Below, in pieces: positions 35,322 through 44,696 of a DNA stretch of 64,000 nucleotides (position 1 is its first letter; every line of letters starts with the position of its first letter). The notes under the pieces are model-generated. The model was not told where the DNA came from, did not search any database, and was given only the letters and a program-made list of their open reading frames with translations. Made by a program: the position numbers and the translations under genes. The stretch comes from Candidatus Multivorans sp. (GTDB lineage: Bacteria; Acidobacteriota; Thermoanaerobaculia; Multivoradales; Multivoraceae). Location: contig CBDBDB010000017.1 of assembly GCA_965203495.1 (NCBI GenBank), forward strand, positions 91,674 through 155,673, read 5' to 3'.

Positions 35322-37646
35322 TCAGAGCACGTCAAGCGGGGCGTAGCGACGAATCAGCTTCCGCTTGCCGGCCTTGTCGAAGAAGACGGTCAGCTTCGCG
35401 TTTTCGCCCTCTCCGTCCAGCGCGAGAACGACTCCCTTGCCCAGCGTGGCATGGCGCACGACGGCGCCGGGTCGCAGAACGCCGGCGATGCGCTCGGCCG
35501 ACGGCTTGCGGCCGCGGCGGACGGAGGAGGAAGACGCGGACCGGAAGGAGGCGCCGCCGGCGGCGCGGTCGCCGCCGAAGAAACCGCGGACTCCGGCGGC
35601 GCCCGGGCCGCCGCGGAGGTTCGCGCTCCGCGTGGTCTCCACCAATTCCCCGGGCAGGTCGGCGAGGAAGGGCGAGGGCTGCTGGTCCTGGAACTGTCCG
35701 GCGATCATCCGGCGACGGCTGAGACTGAGGAACAGCCGCTGCTCGGCCCGCGTCATGCCGACGTAGAACAGCCGCCTCTCTTCTTCCACGTCCCGGGCCG
35801 CGAGGCCGGCGTGGAAGTGCGGAAGCAGACCGTCCTCGAGGCCGGTGACGAAGACGGCCGGATACTCGAGGCCCTTGGCGCTGTGGAGGGTCATCAGGGA
35901 GACGCCCAGCTCGGCGTTCAGGCCGTCCGTGTCGCTGACCAGGGAGACGTAGTCGAGGAAGTTCACGAGCGGGCTTGCCGCGGGCCCGGCGGCCTCGTCG
36001 AACGCCGCCTCCTCGCCGGCATCGGAACCTTCTCCGGCGCCGGATGACGGAGCGATCCCCGCCGGAGCGCCGGTCAGACCGTGCAGGGTCTCGAAATCCC
36101 GGGCTGACGACACGAGTTCGTTCAGGTTCTCGAGCCGTTCCTGGCCCTCCTCGTCGCCCTTGCCGTGGAGCGCCTCGAAGCCGGCGGCGACGATCGTGCC
36201 CCGCACGAGCTCGGCCAGGGGCTGGCGCTCCGCCTCCCGGCGCAGCCCCTCGATCAGGCCGCGGAAGCTCTGGACCGCGCGCAGGCTGCGCGCCGGCAGC
36301 TCCCGCGGAGGGTCGAGGCGGATCGCGTCCCACAGGGAGTCGCCCATGCCGGCGGCGCGCTCGAGCAGCGCCTGCTCGGTCCTGCCGCCGATGCCCCGCC
36401 GCGGCTGGTTCAGGATCCGACGCAGGGACAGGTTCTCCCGCGGATTGGCGATGACCCGCAGATAGGCGATCAGGTCCTTCACCTCGGCGCGCTCGTAGAA
36501 GCGGACGCCGGCGACCAGACAGTAGGGAATCTCGCCGCGCAGCAACTGGTCCTCGATCGGCCGGGTCTGCGCATTCGTCCGCACCAGCACGGCCATGTCC
36601 CGGAACGCGAGGCCCTCCGCGCGCAGCCCGGCCAACCGCCCCGCGACCCAGCGCGCCTCGTCTTCGTGATCGGCGGCATGGAAGAGCTGCAGCGGCTCGC
36701 CGGCGCCCTTGTCCGTCCACAGGGTCTTGCCCCGCCGCTGTTCGTTGCGCGAGATGACGGCGCCCGAGGCGTCGAGGATGTTCTGGGTCGAGCGGTAGTT
36801 CCGTTCCAGCTTGCGGACGCTGCCGCCCGGGAAGCGCTTCTCGAACCGGAGCAGGTTGTCCAGTTCGGCCCCGCGCCAGCCGTAGATGCTCTGATCCTCG
36901 TCGCCGACCGCGGTCAGGCCGGAGACGGAACCGTCCGGGTCGAGCACCAGGTTCCTGACCAGCTCGAACTGGGCCGCGTTGGTGTCCTGGAACTCGTCGA
37001 CGAGCAGGTGGCGAAAGCGCCCCCTGACCCGCGCGGCGACTTCCTCGTCGTCGCGCAGCAGGCGCACGACGAACGCGATCAGATCATCGAAGTCGACGCC
37101 GCCGGACCGCCGCAGCTCGGCCTGGTAGCGGCGGAACACGGCCGCGACGTGACGGTCGAAGACGTCCTCGGCCTCCTTCGCGAAGGCGGACGGCGTCAGC
37201 AGGCGGTTCTTCGCCCCGCTGATCCGCCCCTGGACCGCGCGCGGCTGAAACGCCTGTTCGTCGAGGTTCTCGGCCCGGAGCGACGCCTTGATCAGCCGCA
37301 GCTGGTCCGGCGCGTCGACGATCGCGAAGTCCCGCCGCAGACGAACCCGGTCGCCGTAGCGCCGCAACAGACGCAGACAGAAGCGGTGAAACGTGCCGAC
37401 GAAGAGGTTGGCGGCGTCGCCGACCAGGTCGAGCGCGCGGCCGCGCATCTCGTCCGCGGCCTTGTTGGTGAAGGTGACGGCCGCGATCCGCCACGGCTCC
37501 ACCCGCCGCTCGGCGATCAGCCAGGCGATCCGGTGCGTGATCACCCGGGTCTTGCCCGATCCGGCGCCGGCGACGACCAGCAACGGGCCGCCGTCGTGGG
37601 TAACCGCCGCAAGTTGTTCCGGATTCAGGCGGGAGCGGAAGTCCAC
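35322..37646 (-). CDS. pcrA: UvrD/PcrA superfamily-1 DNA helicase
   Basis: AGAGSGKT, TFTNKAA, VDEFQDTN, VGDEDQSIY, NYRST, EERRLFYVGMTRA; Tudor-like C-terminus. Confidence 0.93.
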   Translation of the reverse strand: MDFRSRLNPEQLAAVTHDGGPLLVVAGAGSGKTRVITHRIAWLIAERRVEPWRIAAVTFTNKAADEMRGRALDLVGDAANLFVGTFHRFCLRLLRRYGDRVRLRRDFAIVDAPDQLRLIKASLRAENLDEQAFQPRAVQGRISGAKNRLLTPSAFAKEAEDVFDRHVAAVFRRYQAELRRSGGVDFDDLIAFVVRLLRDDEEVAARVRGRFRHLLVDEFQDTNAAQFELVRNLVLDPDGSVSGLTAVGDEDQSIYGWRGAELDNLLRFEKRFPGGSVRKLERNYRSTQNILDASGAVISRNEQRRGKTLWTDKGAGEPLQLFHAADHEDEARWVAGRLAGLRAEGLAFRDMAVLVRTNAQTRPIEDQLLRGEIPYCLVAGVRFYERAEVKDLIAYLRVIANPRENLSLRRILNQPRRGIGGRTEQALLERAAGMGDSLWDAIRLDPPRELPARSLRAVQSFRGLIEGLRREAERQPLAELVRGTIVAAGFEALHGKGDEEGQERLENLNELVSSARDFETLHGLTGAPAGIAPSSGAGEGSDAGEEAAFDEAAGPAASPLVNFLDYVSLVSDTDGLNAELGVSLMTLHSAKGLEYPAVFVTGLEDGLLPHFHAGLAARDVEEERRLFYVGMTRAEQRLFLSLSRRRMIAGQFQDQQPSPFLADLPGELVETTRSANLRGGPGAAGVRGFFGGDRAAGGASFRSASSSSVRRGRKPSAERIAGVLRPGAVVRHATLGKGVVLALDGEGENAKLTVFFDKAGKRKLIRRYAPLDVL

Positions 37647-37650
37647 GCCG

Positions 37651-39036
37651 TCACCGGAGCCGGCGTCTGATGTTCTTCTGACGCGCCCGCCCCACCGCGA
37701 GCGTCTCTTCGGGCACGTCTCTCGTGATCACCGATCCGGCGCCGGTGTAGGCGCCGGCGCCGACCTCGACAGGCGCCACCAGGATGCAGTCGCTGCCGAC
37801 GAAGGCGCCCTCGCCGATCACCGTGCGGCTCTTCTTCTTGCCGTCGTAGTTGCAGGTGATGACCCCGGCGCCGATGTTGGCGCCGGCGCCCACCGAGGCG
37901 TCACCGAGATAGGCGAGATGAGACGCCTTGACTCCCGGACCCAGCGTCGCCTTCTTGACCTCGACGAAGTTGCCGACCCTGGCGCCGTCCTCGATCACGG
38001 CCTCCGGTCGCAGTCGGGCGAAGGGACCGATCGAGCAACCCGAGGCGACGCGTGCGCCGTCGATCACCGAACAGGGCAGCACCTCGACGCCGTCGTCGAG
38101 GACGCTGTCGCGGATCCAGGCGCCGGCGTGGAGGGTGCAGTCGCTCCCGACGCTGGAGGCGCCGAGCAAGGTGACGTTCGGGTGCAGCACCGAGTCGGCG
38201 CCAACCGTCACGCCGGCATCGATCCAGACGCTATCCGGGTCGAGAACGGTGACGCCCGCCGCAAGCAGGGCATCGACGCCGCGCCGATAGCAGACGCGCT
38301 GAACCGCGGCAAGATCGTCGCGCGAGTCGACTCCCAGCGCCTCCGTGGCATCTTCGACCCGGACCGCCGCCACGGGATGTTCGCGGGCGGCGGCCGAAAC
38401 GGCGTCGGCGAGATGGAACTCGCCCTGGGCGTTGCCGGCGCCGACCGTCTCCAGCCAGTCGAAGACGTCCGGCGCCGGAAGGGCGTAGTGGCCGGCGTTG
38501 ACCGTGCGGAGCGCCAGCGTGTCGTCGCCGGCGTCCGCCGGCTCGACGATCCGGACGAGGCGATCCCCGTCGCGGACCACGCGACCGCGACTCCCCGGCG
38601 CCGGCGGGTCGGCGACCGCCAGACTGCCCCAGCCGGCGGCGGCGGCATCCAGCAGGGCGCGCAGCGTTCGCGGGCGGACCAGGGGCGCGTCGCCGGAGAG
38701 AACCAGGGCCAGCCCCTCCGACCGCAGAGATCCGCGAGCCATCGACAGCGCGTGTCCCGTGCCCCGCTGCTCCGGCTGCTCCACCCATACCAGGTCGCTC
38801 GCGCCCCCGTCCTCGCCTTCCAGGACCGAACGGACCTGGCTCGCCCCGATTCCGACGACGACGCAGATCGGCGCGCAACCGGCTTCGCGCGCAGCCTGAA
38901 CGACCCAGGACACGATTGGCCTGCCGCCCACGCGGTGAAGGACCTTCGGCTTCTTCGATCGAAACCGTTCGCCACGGCCGGCGGCAAGAACGACGGCCGC
39001 GGCGGCGCCGAACGGCGCCTCAGTCGCTCTGCTCAT
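37651..39036 (-). CDS. glmU: Bifunctional UDP-GlcNAc pyrophosphorylase / GlcN-1-P acetyltransferase
   Basis: LAAGRGERF..PKVLH, GTGHA, GNFVEVK, HLAYLGDA, NYDG. Confidence 0.93.
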   Translation of the reverse strand: MSRATEAPFGAAAAVVLAAGRGERFRSKKPKVLHRVGGRPIVSWVVQAAREAGCAPICVVVGIGASQVRSVLEGEDGGASDLVWVEQPEQRGTGHALSMARGSLRSEGLALVLSGDAPLVRPRTLRALLDAAAAGWGSLAVADPPAPGSRGRVVRDGDRLVRIVEPADAGDDTLALRTVNAGHYALPAPDVFDWLETVGAGNAQGEFHLADAVSAAAREHPVAAVRVEDATEALGVDSRDDLAAVQRVCYRRGVDALLAAGVTVLDPDSVWIDAGVTVGADSVLHPNVTLLGASSVGSDCTLHAGAWIRDSVLDDGVEVLPCSVIDGARVASGCSIGPFARLRPEAVIEDGARVGNFVEVKKATLGPGVKASHLAYLGDASVGAGANIGAGVITCNYDGKKKSRTVIGEGAFVGSDCILVAPVEVGAGAYTGAGSVITRDVPEETLAVGRARQKNIRRRLR

Positions 39037-39523
39037 GGACGAGGCTCAGGAAGCGCTCGTCTTCGTTGACGGAAGCGAAGTCCTCGTCATGAAAGGCCCG
39101 CACCCGGTTCGTCGGATCCAGTTCCACCGCCTTCGCGAGCGAATCGAGCGCCGGCGCCGTCTCGCCCAGCAGCGCGCGGATACAGGAAGCCAGGTACGCG
39201 AAGCGGCCATCACCGGCGCGCGATCCCGCCGTGCAGATCGACAGGGCGCGCTCCAGGTCGCCGTCGTTCCGGGCCATGACGGCATCGAGAAACCCATCGT
39301 CGCTCTTCTCGCCCCTCGACGCTTCGACCCGGCCGCACGCCGCCAGATAGTCCCCGGCGCGGCTCGCGTACCGGCTCCCCGCCCCCGCGGCGATCACCGC
39401 CTCGAACGCGGAGCGGGCCTCGGCGATTCGATCCGCGTGGAACAGCTCGATCCCGACCTCCAGCTTCTTCAACGCGACGTCGACCGCCTCCGACCGCGCA
39501 TCCTGTCCACCGCCACCGTTCAC
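39020..39523 (-). CDS. TPR-repeat hypothetical protein
   Basis: YLASCIRALLG..ALDSLAKAVELDPTNRVRAFHDEDF. Confidence 0.75.
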   Translation of the reverse strand: MNGGGGQDARSEAVDVALKKLEVGIELFHADRIAEARSAFEAVIAAGAGSRYASRAGDYLAACGRVEASRGEKSDDGFLDAVMARNDGDLERALSICTAGSRAGDGRFAYLASCIRALLGETAPALDSLAKAVELDPTNRVRAFHDEDFASVNEDERFLSLVHEQSD

Positions 39524-39574
39524 GATCGTCTACCTCCGATTCGACGTTCCACCTAGCATGCGGAGCGCGCAACC

Positions 39575-40153
39575 CTAGCAGCGTCCGACGCCGGTCGGAA
39601 TGTAGTCCTCCCGGAGCAGCGCGTACAGGTAGTGGTCGGTGCGGCGCCCCTGCAGAACGAAGTAGGAACGGAGCTTGCCCTCGCGCACGAACCCCAGCTT
39701 CTCAAGCACCTTGCGGGAGGCGTCGTTGTCGATCGAGCAGCGGGCCTCCAGACGCTCCAGCGGCGTTCGCAGCAGGAGCTCCGGCAGCAACTGGCCGAGC
39801 GCGGCCGTCATCGTGCCGCGGCCGTGATGCCGGGTCGCCAGAGCGTAGCCGAGTTCGCCCAGGCCGTGCTCCCAGTTCACGATCGCCAGCGTGATCCAGC
39901 CGGACCGTTCGCGGTCGGCTTCGATCATCCAGGTGTAGCGGTCGCCGCGACCCCGGTGGAGGTCCCTGGGCCGCTGCGCCGTCAGGTCCGCGCGGAGCTT
40001 GGCGACCGATACGTTCCGCAGGGGCTGGTACCGGCTCACGGCGGGTTCGGCGCGCCAGCGACGGAGGAACGCGGCATCCGAGGCCCGCGCCGGCCGCACG
40101 ACGACGCAAGCGCCGGGAGAAGGCGGTGGATGACGGGTCAGGGGCCTGATCAT
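39575..40153 (-). CDS. GNAT acetyltransferase (RimJ/RimL family)
   Basis: ELGYAL..HGRGTMT, NDASRKVLEKLGFVREG. Confidence 0.88.
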   Translation of the reverse strand: MIRPLTRHPPPSPGACVVVRPARASDAAFLRRWRAEPAVSRYQPLRNVSVAKLRADLTAQRPRDLHRGRGDRYTWMIEADRERSGWITLAIVNWEHGLGELGYALATRHHGRGTMTAALGQLLPELLLRTPLERLEARCSIDNDASRKVLEKLGFVREGKLRSYFVLQGRRTDHYLYALLREDYIPTGVGRC

Positions 40154-40173
40154 CGCCGGACCGTCATGTCGGT

Positions 40174-41667
40174 TCAGGCACGGCGCCCCGGCCGGGGCAG
40201 GGCGCCGCCGAGCGCGATCAGGCTGTACCCCTGTGCGAACAGGTAGAGGAAGGGCAAAGACCACCAGCGCCCGTCGCGACCCGCGGCGGCGACGCAGGCC
40301 CAGAAATACAGCGCGAGCGTCGCCTCGCCCCAGAGGCTCCATGCCCCGGCCGACCGGTAGAGCGCCGACGGGTTCCTGGCGGTTGTCTTCCTGGCGGCTG
40401 TCGGGATCTTCGGCGTGCGGACGAAGACGCCGCCGCGGCGGAACAGCCCGCCGATCGTCGCGGCCGAGTTGTTGAGCGACAGGCCGATGCCGATGGACAT
40501 CGCGAGCGGCACCTCGAACCACGGCCCGGCGCCGCGCCGCCCGGCCAGTCGCTGGCCGGCCGCGTAGCAACCGGCGACCGCCGCCGTCCCGAGGAGAAAC
40601 AGCGGCGCGTCGATCCACAGCAGCAGGCGCGGCGATTCCCGCCGCTCCAGGATCGCCGGCGCCAGGAGGAGTCCGAGAGCCACCAGCAGCGGGTAGCAGA
40701 TGCCCGAAGTGAGGTGCGCGGCCGCCGCCAGCTTGACCCGCGGCCTCGCCGCGCCGCGCAGGACAGGTCCGAGGAGCTTGCGCATCGTCTGAGCCGACCC
40801 CCGGGCCCAGCGGTGCTGCTGGCTCTTGAAGTCGTTGACCCGGGCCGGCAGTTCCGCCGGCGCCGCGAGGTCCGTCATCAGCATGAAGCGCCATCCGGCG
40901 AGCTGCGCCCGGTAGGAAAGATCGAGGTCCTCGGTCAGCGTGTCGACCTGCCAGCCCCCCGCGTCCTCGATCGCGCGCCGCCGCCATACGCCCGCGGTGC
41001 CGTTGAAGTTGAAGAAGCAACCCGCCCGGTACCGAGCCGCCTGTTCGACCAGGAAGTGGCCGTCCAGCAGCACCGCCTGGGCTCGGGTCAGAAGCGAATC
41101 GTTGCGGTTCAAGTGGCCCCAGCACGCCTGGACCATGCCCAGTCCGGGATCGCGAAACGCCGGCACGGTCCGCCGCAGGAAGTCCGGTTCCGGCACGAAG
41201 TCGGCATCGAAGATCGCGATGAACTCTCCCCGCGCCTGCTCCAGGCCGGCGGCGAGGGCGCCCGCCTTGAACCCCTGGCGGTTCTTACGCCGCAGGCGCC
41301 GAACGACCGGCAGCGGCCGCTTCCGCGCGGCCGCGCGGGCGAGTTCGGCCTCGACCCGGTCGGCCGTGTCGTCGGTCGAATCGTCGAGGATCTGGATCTC
41401 GAGCCGATCCGCCGGGTAGTCGAAGTCGAGAACGGCGGCGACCAGCCGAGGAGCGACATAGCGCTCGTTGTAGATCGGCAGCTGGACGGTGACGAGAGGC
41501 CAGACGACATTCCCTCGCGCGGCATCCCGGACGCCGTCGCGGTCCGCGACGCCCCCCTCGCCGTCGACCGGCGGCCGCGCCACGCGAAGCGCGACGAGCA
41601 GAATCAGCCGATGCAGTCCGTAGAGAGCGAGCGTACCGAGAACCGCGTAATAGACCGGCAGAAGCAC
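40174..41667 (-). CDS. Cellulose-synthase-like GT2 membrane glycosyltransferase
   Basis: QLPIYNE, LDDSTD, FKAGAL, FDADF, TEDLDLS, QQHRW; C-terminal TMs. Confidence 0.9.
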   Translation of the reverse strand: MLLPVYYAVLGTLALYGLHRLILLVALRVARPPVDGEGGVADRDGVRDAARGNVVWPLVTVQLPIYNERYVAPRLVAAVLDFDYPADRLEIQILDDSTDDTADRVEAELARAAARKRPLPVVRRLRRKNRQGFKAGALAAGLEQARGEFIAIFDADFVPEPDFLRRTVPAFRDPGLGMVQACWGHLNRNDSLLTRAQAVLLDGHFLVEQAARYRAGCFFNFNGTAGVWRRRAIEDAGGWQVDTLTEDLDLSYRAQLAGWRFMLMTDLAAPAELPARVNDFKSQQHRWARGSAQTMRKLLGPVLRGAARPRVKLAAAAHLTSGICYPLLVALGLLLAPAILERRESPRLLLWIDAPLFLLGTAAVAGCYAAGQRLAGRRGAGPWFEVPLAMSIGIGLSLNNSAATIGGLFRRGGVFVRTPKIPTAARKTTARNPSALYRSAGAWSLWGEATLALYFWACVAAAGRDGRWWSLPFLYLFAQGYSLIALGGALPRPGRRA

Positions 41668-41680
41668 GTACGCTGACGAT

Positions 41681-43069
41681 ATGGCAAGGCGACGGGAGCT
41701 CGGAACGTTGGCGGCGGCCGTCTGGCCTCTGCTCGCCTGCTTCGGCGGCATCGCGGCGCTCGACCGCGCCGGGTTCGGTCCGGCGCCGGGCGCCGCGGTC
41801 GCCGGCATCTCGTTCCTGCTGCTTCTGCTCCTGGCGTTCGGCGCGCTGTGGTGGGCGTTGCGGCGCCTGGCCGCGGCGACGGGATCCCGGAGCGGCGTAC
41901 CGATGGCTGGCGCACTGGCGGTTGCCGCCGTTCTCCGCCTGCTCGCGCTGCCGCTCGCTCCGAGCCTCTCGGACGACGTCTACCGCTACCTCTGGGACGG
42001 ACGGGTCGCCGCGTCAGGGGCCAATCCGTATCTCCTGACGCCGAACGACGAGAGCCTCGCCGGGCTGCGGGACGACCTGTGGAGGAAGACCGCGCATCGC
42101 GACATCGCCACGGTGTATCCGCCGCTGGCGCTGGCGATGTTCGCCGGCGCCTCGGCTCTGCGCCGGCCTCTGCTCGGGTACAAGCTGGCGCTGGCCGGCG
42201 TGGACCTGGCCGGTTGCGCGTTGCTGCTGTCGCTGGCGCGCCGCCGCGGCGCCGCCCGGGCGGCTCTCGGCTACGTCTGGAATCCGCTGCTGGTCGTGGA
42301 GGGCGCCGGCATGGGCCACGTCGACGTGCTCGGGGCGTCGCTGGTCATCGCCGGCGTCTGGCTGCTCTCGGCGGGACGGAACGCAACGGCCGGGATTGCG
42401 GCGGCGCTCGCGGCGCTGGCCAAACTCGTCCCCCTGGCGGCGCTGCCTCTCTGGTGGCGGCGCGCCGGCGGCCGGCGAGGGCGGCGTCTCGCCGTCGGCG
42501 CCGGCGCGCTGCTCCTGCCGACAACGGTCGGCGCGCTGCTGTGGACCCGCGGCGTTCCGCCCGGCCTGATCGAGTACGCGCTGCACTGGGAGTACAACGG
42601 CCCTCTCTACGAGCCGCTGTGGCGCCTGATCGGTGCGCTGCGGCTCGACGCGGCCGCTTCCGGGGTCGTTCACCTGGCGCGGACGAGCTTCGGCGGCGAC
42701 GTCGAGGCGGCGCCCTGGAGCGCGCTCTACTCCTTTGCCCATCCTCGGTTCCTCGCCCGCCTCGCGCTCCTGGCCGCCGCCGTCGCCCTCTGGCTTCGTC
42801 TCTGGCGGCGCCGCCCGACGCCGGTCCGGGCGGCGTTCGGCGCCTTCGCCGTCCTGCTCCTGACCAGCCCCACGTTCTACCCGTGGTACCTGATCTGGAT
42901 CCTCCCATGGGCGGCCTTGACCGGCAGCCGCGTCGTGCTCGCGCTTTCCGTTACCCTGCCTCTGGCCTATCTTCCGGCCTTGACCGGACTGCCGTACTTC
43001 CCCTGGGTCTACGGCGTCGTCTGGCTGCCGCCGCTGATTCCGGCGCTGCTCGACCGCCGGCGTCCCTGA
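41681..43069 (+). CDS. GT87/GT-C-like membrane glycosyltransferase
   Basis: LSDDVYRYLWDG..NPY, YPPL, WNPL, GHVD, YPWY. Confidence 0.8.
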   Translation: MARRRELGTLAAAVWPLLACFGGIAALDRAGFGPAPGAAVAGISFLLLLLLAFGALWWALRRLAAATGSRSGVPMAGALAVAAVLRLLALPLAPSLSDDVYRYLWDGRVAASGANPYLLTPNDESLAGLRDDLWRKTAHRDIATVYPPLALAMFAGASALRRPLLGYKLALAGVDLAGCALLLSLARRRGAARAALGYVWNPLLVVEGAGMGHVDVLGASLVIAGVWLLSAGRNATAGIAAALAALAKLVPLAALPLWWRRAGGRRGRRLAVGAGALLLPTTVGALLWTRGVPPGLIEYALHWEYNGPLYEPLWRLIGALRLDAAASGVVHLARTSFGGDVEAAPWSALYSFAHPRFLARLALLAAAVALWLRLWRRRPTPVRAAFGAFAVLLLTSPTFYPWYLIWILPWAALTGSRVVLALSVTLPLAYLPALTGLPYFPWVYGVVWLPPLIPALLDRRRP

Positions 43070-43092
43070 CCAAGCCCCGCCGCCATGTCGCC

Positions 43093-43848
43093 ATGAAGTA
43101 CCGCCTGCTGATCGCCTACGACGGCACGGACTACGCCGGATGGCAGCGCCAGGACAACGCCATGGCCGTCCAGCAGGCGGTGGAGGAAGCGGTGGCGCGG
43201 GTCGTGGGCGTGAAGGTCGCCGTCCACGGGGCCGGGCGCACCGACGCCGGCGTGCACGCCTCCGGGCAGACGGCGCACCTCGACCTTCCGGCCGGGAGCC
43301 CGCCGCCCGGCGAGATCCGCCGGGCGCTCGTCCACGGCGTCAACCGCCATCTTCCGGCAGCGATCCGGGTGCTTGCCGCCGACGCCGTGGACGACTCGTT
43401 TCACGCCCGCAAGAGCTCGTCGTTCAAGGTCTACTCCTACCGGCTCTGCACCGCGCCGGTGATCGATCCGTTCCGGGCGCCGTTCGTCGTGCCGGCGCCG
43501 CGAAGGCTCGATCTCGAGTCGATGAAGACGACCGCCTCCCTGATCCGAGGACGCCACGACTTCTCGGCCTTCGCCAAGGCCGGCGGCAGCCACCGCGGCG
43601 CCGCGCGGACGATTCGAGACGCCGGATGGACGGAGCAGGGAGACGAGATCCGGTTCGTCGTCGCCGGCGACGGTTTCCTGCGCGGCATGGTCCGCGCCCT
43701 GGTCGGCACGACCCTGGAGGTCGGCCTCGGCCGCCGCTCGCCGGAGGAGCTGGCCGCACTGCTCGCCGGTCGACCGCGCACCGAGGCGGGCCCGAACGCG
43801 CCTGCCCGAGGCCTCTGCCTGGAGCGCGTGGAATACGATCACCCGTGA
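43093..43848 (+). CDS. truA: tRNA pseudouridine(38-40) synthase
   Basis: AYDGTDYAGWQ, AGRTDAGVHA, FHAR, FLRGMVR. Confidence 0.95.
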   Translation: MKYRLLIAYDGTDYAGWQRQDNAMAVQQAVEEAVARVVGVKVAVHGAGRTDAGVHASGQTAHLDLPAGSPPPGEIRRALVHGVNRHLPAAIRVLAADAVDDSFHARKSSSFKVYSYRLCTAPVIDPFRAPFVVPAPRRLDLESMKTTASLIRGRHDFSAFAKAGGSHRGAARTIRDAGWTEQGDEIRFVVAGDGFLRGMVRALVGTTLEVGLGRRSPEELAALLAGRPRTEAGPNAPARGLCLERVEYDHP

Positions 43849-44696
43849 TGAAGCGCGTCGTCACCGGTGTCGTGACCGCGGCGCTGGCAACAGCCATCGT
43901 CTTCTACCTCCAGCCGATCCACTTCGCGGCGGCGGCCGCCGCGGCGGTCGCGCTGGCGGCCTCCGAGTACGGCGCCCTGGCGCGGCGAATCGTCGGCTCG
44001 CGAACCATCACGTGGGCGCTCTGGCTCACCGTCTGCGTTCTGGCCGTTGTCGCCGCGAACGCAAACGGCCGGATCGACCTGCCCCTCGGAACCGGCCTGA
44101 CCGTCGCGGACTCCTGGTTCGCGGCGGCGGCCGTCGTCCTCGCCCTGGCGATCGCCGTCGGCCTCGGCAGCGGCGCCGATGTCCGCGGCCGGCTGCTCGC
44201 CTCGTCCCTGTTCGCGTTCGGAACCCTGTGGCTCGGACTGTTCCTGGTCGCCGCGATCAATCTCCACGACGACTCTCCGGCACTTCTGTTCTGGGTCCTC
44301 GCGGTCGCCTCCCTGGGCGACGTCGGCGCCTACTACGGAGGCCGCCGGTTCGGCCGTCGTCCGCTGGCGCCGGTGCTGAGTCCGAAGAAGACGATCGCGG
44401 GCGCGGCGAGCGGTCTGATCGCCAGCGCCGCAACCGGAGCGGCGTTGGTCCTGATCTGGCGCGGTCCCGACTCGTTCGGCATCGACGTCCCCGTCATCGC
44501 GCTGCTGTGCGGCGCCGTGGCGCAGACCGGCGACCTGGTCGCTTCGTTGCTCAAGCGAGCCGTGGAGGCCAAGGACACGGGCGCCATGCTTCCCGGTCAC
44601 GGCGGCGTGCTCGACCGTCTCGACGGCGTGCTGCTGGCGGCGCCCGTCCTCCACCTCGCGGCGCGGGCCGGGGCGACGCCGTCGCTTCAACCGTGA
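43848..44696 (+). CDS. cdsA: Phosphatidate cytidylyltransferase
   Basis: SPKKT, GDLVASLLKR...KDTG..LPGHGGVLDRLD. Confidence 0.92.
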   Translation: MKRVVTGVVTAALATAIVFYLQPIHFAAAAAAAVALAASEYGALARRIVGSRTITWALWLTVCVLAVVAANANGRIDLPLGTGLTVADSWFAAAAVVLALAIAVGLGSGADVRGRLLASSLFAFGTLWLGLFLVAAINLHDDSPALLFWVLAVASLGDVGAYYGGRRFGRRPLAPVLSPKKTIAGAASGLIASAATGAALVLIWRGPDSFGIDVPVIALLCGAVAQTGDLVASLLKRAVEAKDTGAMLPGHGGVLDRLDGVLLAAPVLHLAARAGATPSLQP

